Source: Shimia sp. (GTDB lineage Bacteria; Pseudomonadota; Alphaproteobacteria; Rhodobacterales; Rhodobacteraceae). From it: a DNA stretch of 64,000 nucleotides. The position numbers were made by a program, and so were the translations under genes. The first letter of the stretch is position 1, and every line of letters begins with the position of its first letter. The stretch is taken from positions 78,536-142,535 of the forward strand of contig NZ_CBDDGH010000004.1 of the NCBI RefSeq assembly GCF_965227725.1. Reading direction: 5' to 3'. The notes beneath the pieces are model-generated. The model did not search any database. It was not told the origin of the DNA and worked only from the letters and a program-made list of their open reading frames with translations. Of the stretch, positions 1 through 9,151 are shown one piece after another.

Positions 1-472
1 AGATGTCCTGATCGGAAAAGCCAACATCGCGCAGCTTTTGACGGTCATTTTCTTCAATTGTACTCGAAGCCACCGTCATCTTTTCAGCAAAGGCCAGCAT
101 CGCATATTGCCGCGCATCCAGATCCGCCACACGCCAGTTCATCACCATTTTTTCGCCGAGGCTCGGATCACCCGAAAGCTGCCGCACCGCAGCCCCATGC
201 GCCACCAGACAGTAAAAACACTTGTTGATCGAGCTCACCGCCACCGCAATCATCTCGCGCTCAAGCTTGCTCAGCCCGCTCTCTCCCAACATCAGATCAT
301 TGTAGAGCGCGGTGAATGCATTGAGCTTCTCCACCGTGATGGCATAGGCCTTCAACACGTTGGGCACCATGCCCAGCTTTTCCTGACAAATCTCAAAATA
401 GCGCTGTGTCTCCGGTGGCAGCGGGTCCATCACCGGAATGTCGAGTGCGGTTGGCATCTCTGTTGTGCTCAT
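1..472 (-). CDS. Carboxymuconolactone decarboxylase / AhpD-like peroxidase-related protein (3' end cut by window edge)
   Basis: Absent from the ORF track because no stop lies inside the window. Hand translation of the minus strand from ATG at 472-470 gives MSTTEMPTALDIPVMDPLPPETQRYFEICQEKLGMVPNVLKAYAI...SSINKCFYCLVAHGAAVRQL. KCFYCLVAHG is the CxxC..H signature of the CMD/AhpD family. Confidence 0.7.
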   Translation of the reverse strand, partial: MSTTEMPTALDIPVMDPLPPETQRYFEICQEKLGMVPNVLKAYAITVEKLNAFTALYNDLMLGESGLSKLEREMIAVAVSSINKCFYCLVAHGAAVRQLSGDPSLGEKMVMNWRVADLDARQYAMLAFAEKMTVASSTIEENDRQKLRDVGFSDQDI

Positions 473-487
473 GGTCTTTCCCCTCCC

Positions 488-1219
488 TCAAGCGTTTGTT
501 TTCTGGCGGTAATGATACTGTCCCACAACGCGCATCCCGAGGGAAGCATAGAGGGCATTCGCCCCTTCGTTCGCTGTGGTGCAGATCACCGAAAGATGTG
601 TGCCGCCGTGCTGCTGCACCCAGATCGCCGCACGGCGCATCAAAAACTGAGCAACGCCCTGACGGCGTTGATGCGGTAGAATTTCAAGCGAGTGCACCAT
701 GCCGATGCCCTCATGCATAGCGAGGAAAGATGCCCCCGCAGGCTTGTCGTTCCAACGCGAAATCATCCCGGTTTTCGGACCTTCTGCACGGCGCATCACA
801 TCGATACGTTCGGGGCCAACCCCACCTGCGGCCCAGATCTCTTCCATGATCTTGAGCGGCTCCCAAGCGGGGATTGCCGCCGTGCGCGGCGGCTCTTCTT
901 GCGAAAGCGCCTCCACCTCGATCACATACATGATGACAGGATCAACGACGTCATAGCCGCGCGCAGCCAGCGTCGCATCCAGAGCCTCTTCGCCCTCACG
1001 CAGCTGAAACAACAGGCCCTGCCCAAGCGCGGTCATAGCTTCTTCCGCACGGGCAATATCACTGTCGTCATAGGGGCCCAACGCGGTGGCCGCAGACACC
1101 CGCTTGCCTCCGCCCTTGCCTTCGCGAATGAGAAACGGCCCAACCGCAAAGCTCCGCGCTGCGGGCCATGTGGCATCTACGACATCATAGAGCTGCCGCG
1201 CATCCGGCGTCGCCCTCAT
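488..1219 (-). CDS. GNAT family N-acetyltransferase
   Basis: 243-aa ORF. The C-terminal GNAT core carries the acetyl-CoA motif LPHQRRQGVAQFLMRRA ... GANALYASLGMRVV. A 4-nt ATGA overlap with the upstream gene at 1216-1219 suggests an operon. Confidence 0.8.
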   Translation of the reverse strand: MRATPDARQLYDVVDATWPAARSFAVGPFLIREGKGGGKRVSAATALGPYDDSDIARAEEAMTALGQGLLFQLREGEEALDATLAARGYDVVDPVIMYVIEVEALSQEEPPRTAAIPAWEPLKIMEEIWAAGGVGPERIDVMRRAEGPKTGMISRWNDKPAGASFLAMHEGIGMVHSLEILPHQRRQGVAQFLMRRAAIWVQQHGGTHLSVICTTANEGANALYASLGMRVVGQYHYRQKTNA

Positions 1220-1935
1220 GCGAACAACCCAGAGAGCCGCGCCATGACGGCATCAATCCGCGCACCATCCGTGCCGCGCACCACCACATTGGCCCCGTAA
1301 ACGCCATTGCGCTGATAGGGATAAGAGCCAATCGACAGATCGGCAAACTCCTCAGCCAACTCTCCCAGAGGCCCGGCAATCTCGCCTTCGCCGCGCTCAA
1401 TGCGCAGGGTCTGGCTCAGCAATGGTGCGCCACCTGTAAGCTTTGGCAGAACACTCGCCACCATCGCCTGAAAAACCGACGGCACACCGGCCATCACGTA
1501 GACATTTTCCACGACAAATCCCGGCGCAACCGACACCGGATTGTCGATCAGGCTCGCCCCATCGGGGATACGCGCCATGCGCTGGCGCGCCGCGTTAAAT
1601 TCCTGCCCGGCATTGTCATAGTGCTTTTGCAACAGCGCTCGCGCATCATCACGAATATCGATATGCACACCAAAAGCCTCGGCCACACAATCCGCCGTGA
1701 TGTCGTCATGGGTCGGCCCGATCCCGCCGGAGGTGAAGACACTGTCATATTCACCCGACAGGGAACGCACCGCGCCAATGATCTTCTCCGGCACATCCGG
1801 CACAACACGCACCTCAGCCAGCGTGATCCCCTGCTTGGTCAGCTCGCCCGCAAGATAGTGCATATTCGCATCGCGGGTTCTTCCCGACAGGATTTCATCA
1901 CCGATAACCAGCATGGCGGCAGTAGGGTTTGTCAT
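1216..1935 (-). CDS. CinA-like competence/damage-inducible protein, molybdopterin-binding (MoCF) domain
   Basis: 239-aa ORF with MLVIGDEILSGRTRDANMHYLA and FTSGGIGPTHDDIT, typical of the CinA N-terminal / MoaB-MogA fold. Confidence 0.8.
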   Translation of the reverse strand: MTNPTAAMLVIGDEILSGRTRDANMHYLAGELTKQGITLAEVRVVPDVPEKIIGAVRSLSGEYDSVFTSGGIGPTHDDITADCVAEAFGVHIDIRDDARALLQKHYDNAGQEFNAARQRMARIPDGASLIDNPVSVAPGFVVENVYVMAGVPSVFQAMVASVLPKLTGGAPLLSQTLRIERGEGEIAGPLGELAEEFADLSIGSYPYQRNGVYGANVVVRGTDGARIDAVMARLSGLFA

Positions 1936-1981
1936 GATCTCATTCCTTGTCAGCAGCTTAGTGCAGGTATAGGCCTGTCAC

Positions 1982-2707
1982 ATGCGCTTTCAAACCCCTC
2001 TTATCCCCGCCACGCTGATCCGCCGATACAAACGCTTTCTTGCCGATGCGGTGCTCGAAAATGGCACAGAGGTGACCGCCCATTGTGCCAATCCCGGCTC
2101 GATGATGGGGCTGGCGGAACCGGGCATGAAAATCTGGCTTGAGCCCAATGATGACCCGAAGAAAAAGCTCAAATACGGCTGGCGCTTGGTGGAGCATGAA
2201 AGCGGCGATTTCACCGGTGTGGACACTTCGGTGCCCAACCGCGCGTTAAAAACCGCGCTGATTGCAGGCGAAATCCCCGAATACGCCAGCTACGAGATGG
2301 TCCGCCCGGAGGTGAAATACGGTCAAAACAGCCGGATTGATTTCCTGCTGTCCGGTGCCGACCGCCCTGACCTCTATCTGGAGGTCAAATCCGTCACCCT
2401 GTCACGCCAGCCCGGTGTGGCCGAATTTCCCGACAGCGTGACCGCCCGCGGGGCCAAACATCTGCAAGAGCTGATCGAGATGCGCGCGCAGGGCCATGAC
2501 GCCGCGATGTTCTATCTGGTGCAGCGCACCGATGCCGAGCAGGTGACACTGGCCCATGACATCGACCCGACCTATGCCGCCACCTTCGTTAAAGCGCAAG
2601 CCGCCGGGGTCGAGGTGATTGCCTATCGCTGCGACATAACGCCTGCGCAGATCACCATCGGCAAACGCCTGCCTTTTCACCTCCCCGAAACCCTTTCTGA
2701 CGCATAG
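1982..2707 (+). CDS. sfsA: Sugar fermentation stimulation protein SfsA (DNA/RNA nuclease family)
   Basis: 241-aa ORF. The N-terminus ATLIRRYKRFLADAVLENGTEVTAHCANPGSM and the block YLEVKSVTL are characteristic of SfsA. Confidence 0.9.
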   Translation: MRFQTPLIPATLIRRYKRFLADAVLENGTEVTAHCANPGSMMGLAEPGMKIWLEPNDDPKKKLKYGWRLVEHESGDFTGVDTSVPNRALKTALIAGEIPEYASYEMVRPEVKYGQNSRIDFLLSGADRPDLYLEVKSVTLSRQPGVAEFPDSVTARGAKHLQELIEMRAQGHDAAMFYLVQRTDAEQVTLAHDIDPTYAATFVKAQAAGVEVIAYRCDITPAQITIGKRLPFHLPETLSDA

Positions 2708-2780
2708 CATAAGCCCCCTCTGGCGCTTTGAGGCATTTGCCCTTACATAGCGTCGGACCCTAGGTGATGGAGCAGTTCAG

Positions 2781-3647
2781 ATGATCGGCAAAGGCCGCCA
2801 AACCCGCGATGGCATTCGCATCTACGCCCCAGGCGACCATGCAGGCATGCACAAAGCAGGCGCGCTTGCCTCGCAGATCCTCGATGAGATCGCAGAGCAT
2901 GTGTTCCCCGGCCAGACCACGGCCGAGCTGGACCGCCTGATTGAGTCCAAAGTCGTCGCGGCTGGCGCTGAATCCGCCACCATCGGCTATCGCGGCTACC
3001 AGCACGCCAGCTGCATCAGCGTGAACCACGTTGTCTGCCACGGCATCCCCGGCAGCCCGATCCCCAAGTGGAACAAAGAGACCAGCGCCCGCAAGGAAGA
3101 CCCGATGCGCGCCGATGACAAATTGCAGGATGGCGACATTCTCAACATCGACGTGACCGTGATCGTGGACGGCTGGTTTGGCGACACCAGCCGCATGTAT
3201 GTGGCCGGCAAACCCAAGGCGTTTGCCAAAAAGCTCATTCAGGTCACCCATGACGCACTGATGCTGGGCATCGAAGCCGTCAAACCCGGCAACACCTTTG
3301 GTGACATCGGCAACGCCATTCAGACCTATGTGGAGCGCCAGCGCATGTCTGTGGTGCGCGATTTCTGCGGCCACGGGCTTGGCCTCGTGTTCCACGCCCC
3401 ACCCAACGTGCTGCACTATGGCCGCGCAGGCACTGGCCCAGTGCTCGAAGAAGGCATGTTCTTCACCATCGAGCCAATGGTCAACTTGGGCCGCCCCGAA
3501 ACAAAAGTGCTCGAAGATGACTGGACAGCGGTAACACGCGACAAATCGCTCTCCGCACAGTTTGAGCACTCCATCGGCGTGACCTCGGACGGCGCAGACA
3601 TCTTCACGCTCTCCAAAGCCGGTCTCTTCCACCCAACCTGGGGCTAA
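2781..3647 (+). CDS. map: Type I methionine aminopeptidase
   Basis: 288-aa ORF with MetAP metal-ligand blocks: NHVVCHGIP, ILNIDVTVIVDGWFGDTS, FCGHGLG, FTIEPM, EHSIGVT. Confidence 0.9.
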   Translation: MIGKGRQTRDGIRIYAPGDHAGMHKAGALASQILDEIAEHVFPGQTTAELDRLIESKVVAAGAESATIGYRGYQHASCISVNHVVCHGIPGSPIPKWNKETSARKEDPMRADDKLQDGDILNIDVTVIVDGWFGDTSRMYVAGKPKAFAKKLIQVTHDALMLGIEAVKPGNTFGDIGNAIQTYVERQRMSVVRDFCGHGLGLVFHAPPNVLHYGRAGTGPVLEEGMFFTIEPMVNLGRPETKVLEDDWTAVTRDKSLSAQFEHSIGVTSDGADIFTLSKAGLFHPTWG

Positions 3648-3710
3648 GACCTAAGCGCTGCCTGCCCCGCGCAGTCCTCCGCCGCCAGCACCCTACGGCA
3701 ACGCTGATAC

Positions 3711-3737
3711 GAGAAAGGCCGCCCAAACTGGGCGGCC
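3711..3737 (-). terminator. Probable rho-independent terminator downstream of the OYE reductase gene
   Basis: Perfect 8-bp stem ggccgccc (3717-3724) / gggcggcc (3730-3737) with a 5-nt loop. On the minus strand it is followed by TTTCTC. It lies 28 nt past the stop at 3765. Confidence 0.5.
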
Positions 3738-3764
3738 CTCAATCACGATAAACAGTCTGTAGAG

Positions 3765-4994
3765 TTAGGCGCGGACGCGCTTTACCGCTTTGCCGTTCTT
3801 CCAGAAACGATAGATCACGCGCAGCGCAGGCCAGATGCCGTCGGCTTTGGTTTGCACCTTCTTGCCTTGCGAAATGCGCTCGATCTGCATGGTGTACCAG
3901 CTGATTTCCATGATCGCCATCGCGTCGATCTTCTTCAGACCGGAGCGGATCGGCGCCACTGGGGACACATGCTTGTTGTTCTGCATCACGTGCTTACCAA
4001 ACTTCGGATCCACCGCAAACGGACGGGCCACACCGGCCATATCCATTGCACCGGTTCCCAGCGCTTCGCTCATGCCTTCAGATGAGCGGAACCCACCCGT
4101 CACCACTAAAGGTGTAGAAATCTGGCTTTTCACCTTTTCAGCATACTCAAGGAAATAGGCCTCACGCTTCAGCGTGCTTTCCTTTTTCGCTTCTTGTTTG
4201 CCTTTACGGTTCACCGGGTTTTCCCAGCTGCCGCCGGAAATCTCGATCAGGTCGATGCCCAGCTTGTCCAGACGCTTTGCCACCTCGATGGAATCTTCCT
4301 CGGTGAAGCCACCCTTCTGGAAGTCAGAGGAGTTGATCTTGATGCCGACGTTGAAACCAGGGCCGGTGCGGGCACGGGTGCGGTTGTAGATCTCTTCCAC
4401 AAAGCGGAAGCGGTTTTCAAAGCTGCCGCCCCATTTGTCTTCGCGACGGTTGTGGTGCGGAGACAGGAACTGGCCAATCAGATAGCCGTGCGCGCCGTGC
4501 AGCTGAACACCGGTGAAGCCCGCTTCTTCCAGACGCGCCGCCGCTTCGGCAAAGCTGTCGATGATGCCTTCGATCTCTGCGTCGGTCAGCTCGCGTGGCG
4601 GCGCAAACATGTCGTTGGGGATCGGCACAACAGACGGCGCCAGCGGTGCATCATTCACCATTTTTGGCGATTGCTTGCCCGGGTGGTTCAGCTGGGGCCA
4701 GATGTGGGTGTTGGTGCGTTTGCCGGTGGCTGCCCACTTGCGCAGCAAGTCCATGTTGGTGTCCAGCAGCGCGTCCACAACAAGCGGCTCGTTCATGTGC
4801 TTGCCGTCTACCATCATGTTGCCGGTGATCAGCAGGCTCGCGCCGCTGTCCGCCCATGCTTCATAGAGCGACACATGCGCGTCCGTTACCTTGCCGTCCG
4901 GCGTTGCCAGCGCTTCATTCATCGAAGCCTTGCAAATCCGGTTGCGCAGAACCGTACCCGATTTCAGCGTCAGAGAATCTCCAAGCGTTGCCAT
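3765..4994 (-). CDS. NADH:flavin oxidoreductase, Old Yellow Enzyme / 2,4-dienoyl-CoA reductase-like family
   Basis: Track ORF 3765..5165 trimmed to ATG 4994-4992 (MATLGDSLTLKSG...), which has AAGGAA just upstream. OYE TIM-barrel blocks present: NRICKASMNE, WPQLNHPGKQ, GVQLHGAHGYLIGQFLSP. Confidence 0.85.
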   Translation of the reverse strand: MATLGDSLTLKSGTVLRNRICKASMNEALATPDGKVTDAHVSLYEAWADSGASLLITGNMMVDGKHMNEPLVVDALLDTNMDLLRKWAATGKRTNTHIWPQLNHPGKQSPKMVNDAPLAPSVVPIPNDMFAPPRELTDAEIEGIIDSFAEAAARLEEAGFTGVQLHGAHGYLIGQFLSPHHNRREDKWGGSFENRFRFVEEIYNRTRARTGPGFNVGIKINSSDFQKGGFTEEDSIEVAKRLDKLGIDLIEISGGSWENPVNRKGKQEAKKESTLKREAYFLEYAEKVKSQISTPLVVTGGFRSSEGMSEALGTGAMDMAGVARPFAVDPKFGKHVMQNNKHVSPVAPIRSGLKKIDAMAIMEISWYTMQIERISQGKKVQTKADGIWPALRVIYRFWKNGKAVKRVRA

Positions 4995-5064
4995 GTCTGT
5001 GTTTCCTTGATGTCTGTACAGGCCGGCATGCCCTGTCGCATGCGGCCAGTTTCCATTGTAGTCT

Positions 5065-5481
5065 TTACGCCGTGCCCACGCCCATTGCAGCGTGAACGGC
5101 GTTCTTGCGTTCGAGCCAGCCCGCTTCTTCGCCGGGTGGTGGCAAAACCATGCCCCCTTCAACAACCCAATGCGGCTCGATGCCGATCAGCGTGACGAGA
5201 ACTTTCGAGAGATCCAGCTTGGCCGCTTCCGCGATCCGCTGGTGCATTTGTTGGTTGAGCTGCTCATAAAGACCGGCGGTGCGGTCTCCTCCGGTGCGGA
5301 CGTTCCCGTTGACACCCAGAATGGTTCCGCGGCGCATGCTGTAACCGGTCATGAAAACCACATTCACAAACTCGGTTGGCGCGCCGGTCAAGCCACAGTG
5401 CACATCCGTGATCACCTGTGCGATGTCAAAACGTGTCTGCTCGGCAAACGGCTTCTTGGAAGCCAGAGTATAAAGCGGCAT
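5065..5481 (-). CDS. Tautomerase-superfamily protein (4-oxalocrotonate tautomerase-like)
   Basis: 138-aa ORF beginning MPLYTL. Pro directly after Met is the catalytic Pro-1 arrangement of tautomerases. The protein has two beta-alpha-beta-like halves. The assignment is by motif only. Confidence 0.6.
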   Translation of the reverse strand: MPLYTLASKKPFAEQTRFDIAQVITDVHCGLTGAPTEFVNVVFMTGYSMRRGTILGVNGNVRTGGDRTAGLYEQLNQQMHQRIAEAAKLDLSKVLVTLIGIEPHWVVEGGMVLPPPGEEAGWLERKNAVHAAMGVGTA

Positions 5482-5493
5482 GAGTCTCCTCCC

Positions 5494-5943
5494 TCACTGG
5501 TTAAATCGGGTAATCAGCACTCCATACCGTGCCTTGGATATAAAGATGCGCGTGAAAAGCTTGGCCAGATAGCTGATGCGCCCCCATGTGGAGAACCGCG
5601 TCAGGTTGCCTTTCAGAATGTCCGTGTAGCGCGACTGATCAAAGGCGCCGACGGCCACCTGATCCGGGTGCTGCCCGGTCACGGCACGCCAGCTCTTTTC
5701 CACCTCTAGCATGAAGGCTTCACGCTTCTGGGTTTCCAGCCCGTCTGGCACTTCCATGGTCACTGTAGAGGACCGAGACCACTTCCGATCGGTGATCGTG
5801 TGCTGCTTGGCCGCAATGTTCCAAATGATGGTCAGTTTGTCGTCGCAGATGTGTTCCGCGTAAAGTTTACGCAAAACCTCTTCCAACGCCTTGATCTGCT
5901 CAAGCGAAATCTGACCTTCTTGAATGGCAATAAGTGATCGCAT
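5494..5943 (-). CDS. Hypothetical protein (149 aa)
   Basis: The ORF is tightly spaced (12 nt) upstream of the tautomerase gene on the same strand. I recognise no motif. Coding is supported by size, context and the absence of a competing ORF. Confidence 0.5.
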   Translation of the reverse strand: MRSLIAIQEGQISLEQIKALEEVLRKLYAEHICDDKLTIIWNIAAKQHTITDRKWSRSSTVTMEVPDGLETQKREAFMLEVEKSWRAVTGQHPDQVAVGAFDQSRYTDILKGNLTRFSTWGRISYLAKLFTRIFISKARYGVLITRFNQ

Positions 5944-6040
5944 ATGTACCTCCCGATCACATCACAATATACGACTGTCGAGGAAAGCCGATGACGTTTG
6001 GGGACATCATTTTGACATTTCCGGCCATGTGATTTAGCTT

Positions 6041-7063
6041 TTGTTCATGTTAGATATGTCCTTAAAACGCCCTGCAGGCAGCATCCGCATCCTGTGCGAA
6101 GCAGCGCCAAACTACGGCGTCAGCTCGGAGCAATGCCTGCAAGGAACAGGCTTGGTTACATTCGACCTCTACAACAATGACACCCAGGTGACGATCGCCC
6201 AAGAGGTCGCCGTCATTGGCAACTTTCTGAAGCATACCACAAACCGGCCGGGCCTAGGCGTGGAAATCGGACGCCTCTATCGCCCCGAAGTGTTCGGGAT
6301 CTGGGGCTACGCGATTGTCAGCAGCCCTTCCCTGCGCGCGGGCCTGAAAACCGCCGTGGATTTTGCCAACCTGTCCTTTCTGATCGCCCAGTTCAAACTG
6401 GAGCGCGCCGAAAACAGCACTTTGCTGATCTATGACACCGACGGCCTGCCGCCCAGCGTCAAAACCTTCGTGCTGGAGCGCCACCTGACAGTCTTCACCA
6501 ATTTCACCTCAGAGATTCTACCAAAACTGTCGCTCTCGCAGATGACCGTGGAATCCACGCTCAACGCCCCGGAAAGCGCAGCGGCGATCCAGAAGCTGCT
6601 TGGCCTGAAAGTCATTGTGAACAGTGACCGCAACGCCATCGTGGTGCCTGATCACCTGATGGACACACCTCTGCCGCGCCATGACCCCGCGACCATGGAG
6701 CACTGCCTGCAGCAATGCCGCAGCCTGCTCAACCTCACCGAGACCGCCCCCAACGACATGCGCTCCAAAGTGCGCGAGGCCATTCTGCTCGACATGAACA
6801 ACGAGCCCACGATTGCTTCCATCTCGGCCAAATTGGGGGTGAGCGAACGCACCCTGCGCCGCCGCCTGTCCGCAGAAGGCGCGTCTTTCCGGCAGATCTT
6901 TATTGAGGCCCGTCTGGCGATCGGCCACGAGCTGCTCAGCACCGCGGGTCTGGACGTCACCACTGTTGCGTGGCGCACCGGCTACTCCGAATCTTCAAGC
7001 TTTGTGCGCGCCTTTACCAAGCAATACGGCTACAGCCCGGGCAGCCTGAAACAGAGTGCCTGA
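6041..7063 (+). CDS. AraC family transcriptional regulator
   Basis: 340-aa ORF. The C-terminal double HTH reads VSERTLRRRLSAEGASFRQIFIEARLAIGHELL ... VAWRTGYSESSSFVRAFTKQYGYSPG. The start is uncertain; ATG at 6047 is also possible. Confidence 0.85.
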   Translation: MFMLDMSLKRPAGSIRILCEAAPNYGVSSEQCLQGTGLVTFDLYNNDTQVTIAQEVAVIGNFLKHTTNRPGLGVEIGRLYRPEVFGIWGYAIVSSPSLRAGLKTAVDFANLSFLIAQFKLERAENSTLLIYDTDGLPPSVKTFVLERHLTVFTNFTSEILPKLSLSQMTVESTLNAPESAAAIQKLLGLKVIVNSDRNAIVVPDHLMDTPLPRHDPATMEHCLQQCRSLLNLTETAPNDMRSKVREAILLDMNNEPTIASISAKLGVSERTLRRRLSAEGASFRQIFIEARLAIGHELLSTAGLDVTTVAWRTGYSESSSFVRAFTKQYGYSPGSLKQSA

Positions 7064-7453
7064 GCATTTCTGCTGATTGGGCGCACAGATTGCCGCAACG
7101 TCAACTGCATGTCGATCCCTTCTGACACAGTGCCACACCACACATCACAGGGTTGAGGCCAGACATGCCATTGCGCCTGTCTCACGGCCTGTTTCAGCTA
7201 GGTCGCCGAGAGCCCACAGCCGTTTTTCTAAAATCTTAACAAAAGATTGCGCCCATCTCCGGTTGCCGCGCGCGGCTTGCATTCTGCGCAAACCTCCCTT
7301 TAATTTCGGACTTTCCAGCAACCTCAAAACCACTCCAGATTGAAAATCTGGAACAATAGAGGAATCCGACTGGCCGGAAGTGTCAAAAAAATGTCCTCAA
7401 AGACGCTTCCTCAAACCGCTCGATTTTCTAGCATGCAGAAAGGGAGGAATATT

Positions 7454-9088
7454 ATGAATTTTGACTACGTGATCGTAGGCGGTGGATCTGCGGGTTGTGT
7501 GCTCGCCAATCGCCTGACCGAAGACCCCAACATCAACGTGTGCCTGCTCGAAGCCGGCGGCGGCGGCAACAGCATCCTTGTGCGCATGCCGGCTGCGGTT
7601 GTGGCGATGCTTCCGGGCAAACCGTTCAAGATCAACAACTGGATCATGGAAACCGTTGAGCAGCCCGGCCTGAACGGCCGCAAGGGCTACCAGCCGCGCG
7701 GCAAAGCGCTTGGTGGCTCCAGCGCGATCAACGCCATGCTCTATGTGCGCGGTCAACGTCAGGATTATGACGAATGGGCCAATCTGGGCTGTGAAGGCTG
7801 GGATTGGGACAGCATCCTGCCCTACTTCAAGAAATCCGAAAACAACGAGCGCGGTGCCGACGACGTTCACGGCAACGGTGGTCCGCTTCAGGTGTCTGAC
7901 CAGAAAGAAGCGCGCCCGATCACCGCCGATTTTGTCGAAGCAGCCCGCCAGCTGCAGTTCCGCGAGAAGACAGATTTCAACCGTGGCGACAACGAGGGTG
8001 TTGGCTACTATCAGGTCACCCAGTTCCACGATGAGGCCAAAAACGGCGAGCGCTGCTCTGCCGCCGCCGCCTACCTCTTCCCGGTCATGGACCGCCCCAA
8101 CCTCACTGTGATCACCAAGGCCCATGCCACTCGGCTCACATTTGACGGCCTGCGCGCGACCGGTGTGGTCTACAAAAAGGATGGCAAAGGCGCGGACATC
8201 ACCGTCAACGCCACACGCGAGGTGCTGCTCTGCAGCGGCGCGCTGAAAACCCCGCAGCTTCTGCAACTCTCCGGCGTCGGCGATGCCCAGGACCTTCAGA
8301 AACACGGTATCGAAGTGCGCCACAATCTGCCTGGTGTTGGCAAAAACCTGCAGGACCACCTCGATTTCACGCTGGCCTATAAGTCCAAAGACCTCGACAA
8401 CTTTGGGATCAGCCTGCGCGGCGGCATGAAAATGATGGGCCACCTCAAAAGATGGCGCAAAACCGGTGTCTCGATGATGGCCACCTGCTTTGCGGAAGGC
8501 GCAGGCTTCCTGAAAACCTCTCCGTCGCTGGATCGCCCCGACGTGCAGCTGCACTTCACCGTGGCACTGGTGGACGATCACTCCCGCAAACTGCACTACG
8601 GCCACGGCTTCAGCTGTCACATCTGCAAATTGCGCCCGGAAAGCCGCGGTTCTGTGACGCTCAAGAGCACGGATCCGTTTGACAGCCCGGCCATTGATCC
8701 GGCCTTCCTCGAAGACCGCCGCGATCTGGAAACCATGATCAAGGGCATCCGCATGACCCGCGAGATCATGGAGGCCCCGGCGCTGGCAAAGTACCGCCAC
8801 AAAGAGATGTTTGGCACGGAACACGCCAAAACAGATGCGGATTGGGAGAAACACATCCGTGCGCGCGCGGACACGATCTATCACCCTGTGGGCACCTGCA
8901 AGATGGGTGTCGATGAGATGGCGGTGGTTGATCCCGAGCTGCGCGTCCACGGCATGGAAGGGCTGCGCGTGATCGACGCATCCATCATGCCCAATCTGAT
9001 CTCGGGCAACACCAATGCCCCGACCATGATGATCGCTGAGAAAGCCGCCGACATGATCAAATCGGACCAGATCAAAGCTGCGGCCTGA
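7454..9088 (+). CDS. GMC family oxidoreductase (choline/alcohol dehydrogenase-like flavoprotein)
   Basis: Track ORF 7340..9088 trimmed to ATG 7454, preceded by AGGGAGG at 7441-7447. The N-terminal FAD fold is [24 protein letters not shown]. The GMC signature GGSSAINAM and the C-terminal HPVGTCKMG are present. Confidence 0.9.
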   Translation: MNFDYVIVGGGSAGCVLANRLTEDPNINVCLLEAGGGGNSILVRMPAAVVAMLPGKPFKINNWIMETVEQPGLNGRKGYQPRGKALGGSSAINAMLYVRGQRQDYDEWANLGCEGWDWDSILPYFKKSENNERGADDVHGNGGPLQVSDQKEARPITADFVEAARQLQFREKTDFNRGDNEGVGYYQVTQFHDEAKNGERCSAAAAYLFPVMDRPNLTVITKAHATRLTFDGLRATGVVYKKDGKGADITVNATREVLLCSGALKTPQLLQLSGVGDAQDLQKHGIEVRHNLPGVGKNLQDHLDFTLAYKSKDLDNFGISLRGGMKMMGHLKRWRKTGVSMMATCFAEGAGFLKTSPSLDRPDVQLHFTVALVDDHSRKLHYGHGFSCHICKLRPESRGSVTLKSTDPFDSPAIDPAFLEDRRDLETMIKGIRMTREIMEAPALAKYRHKEMFGTEHAKTDADWEKHIRARADTIYHPVGTCKMGVDEMAVVDPELRVHGMEGLRVIDASIMPNLISGNTNAPTMMIAEKAADMIKSDQIKAAA

Positions 9089-9151
9089 TGACACACTGAC
9101 ATCCTGCTTCACGCGAACAGAGGCGGGTGCCGGACCAAAAAGGGAAAGACA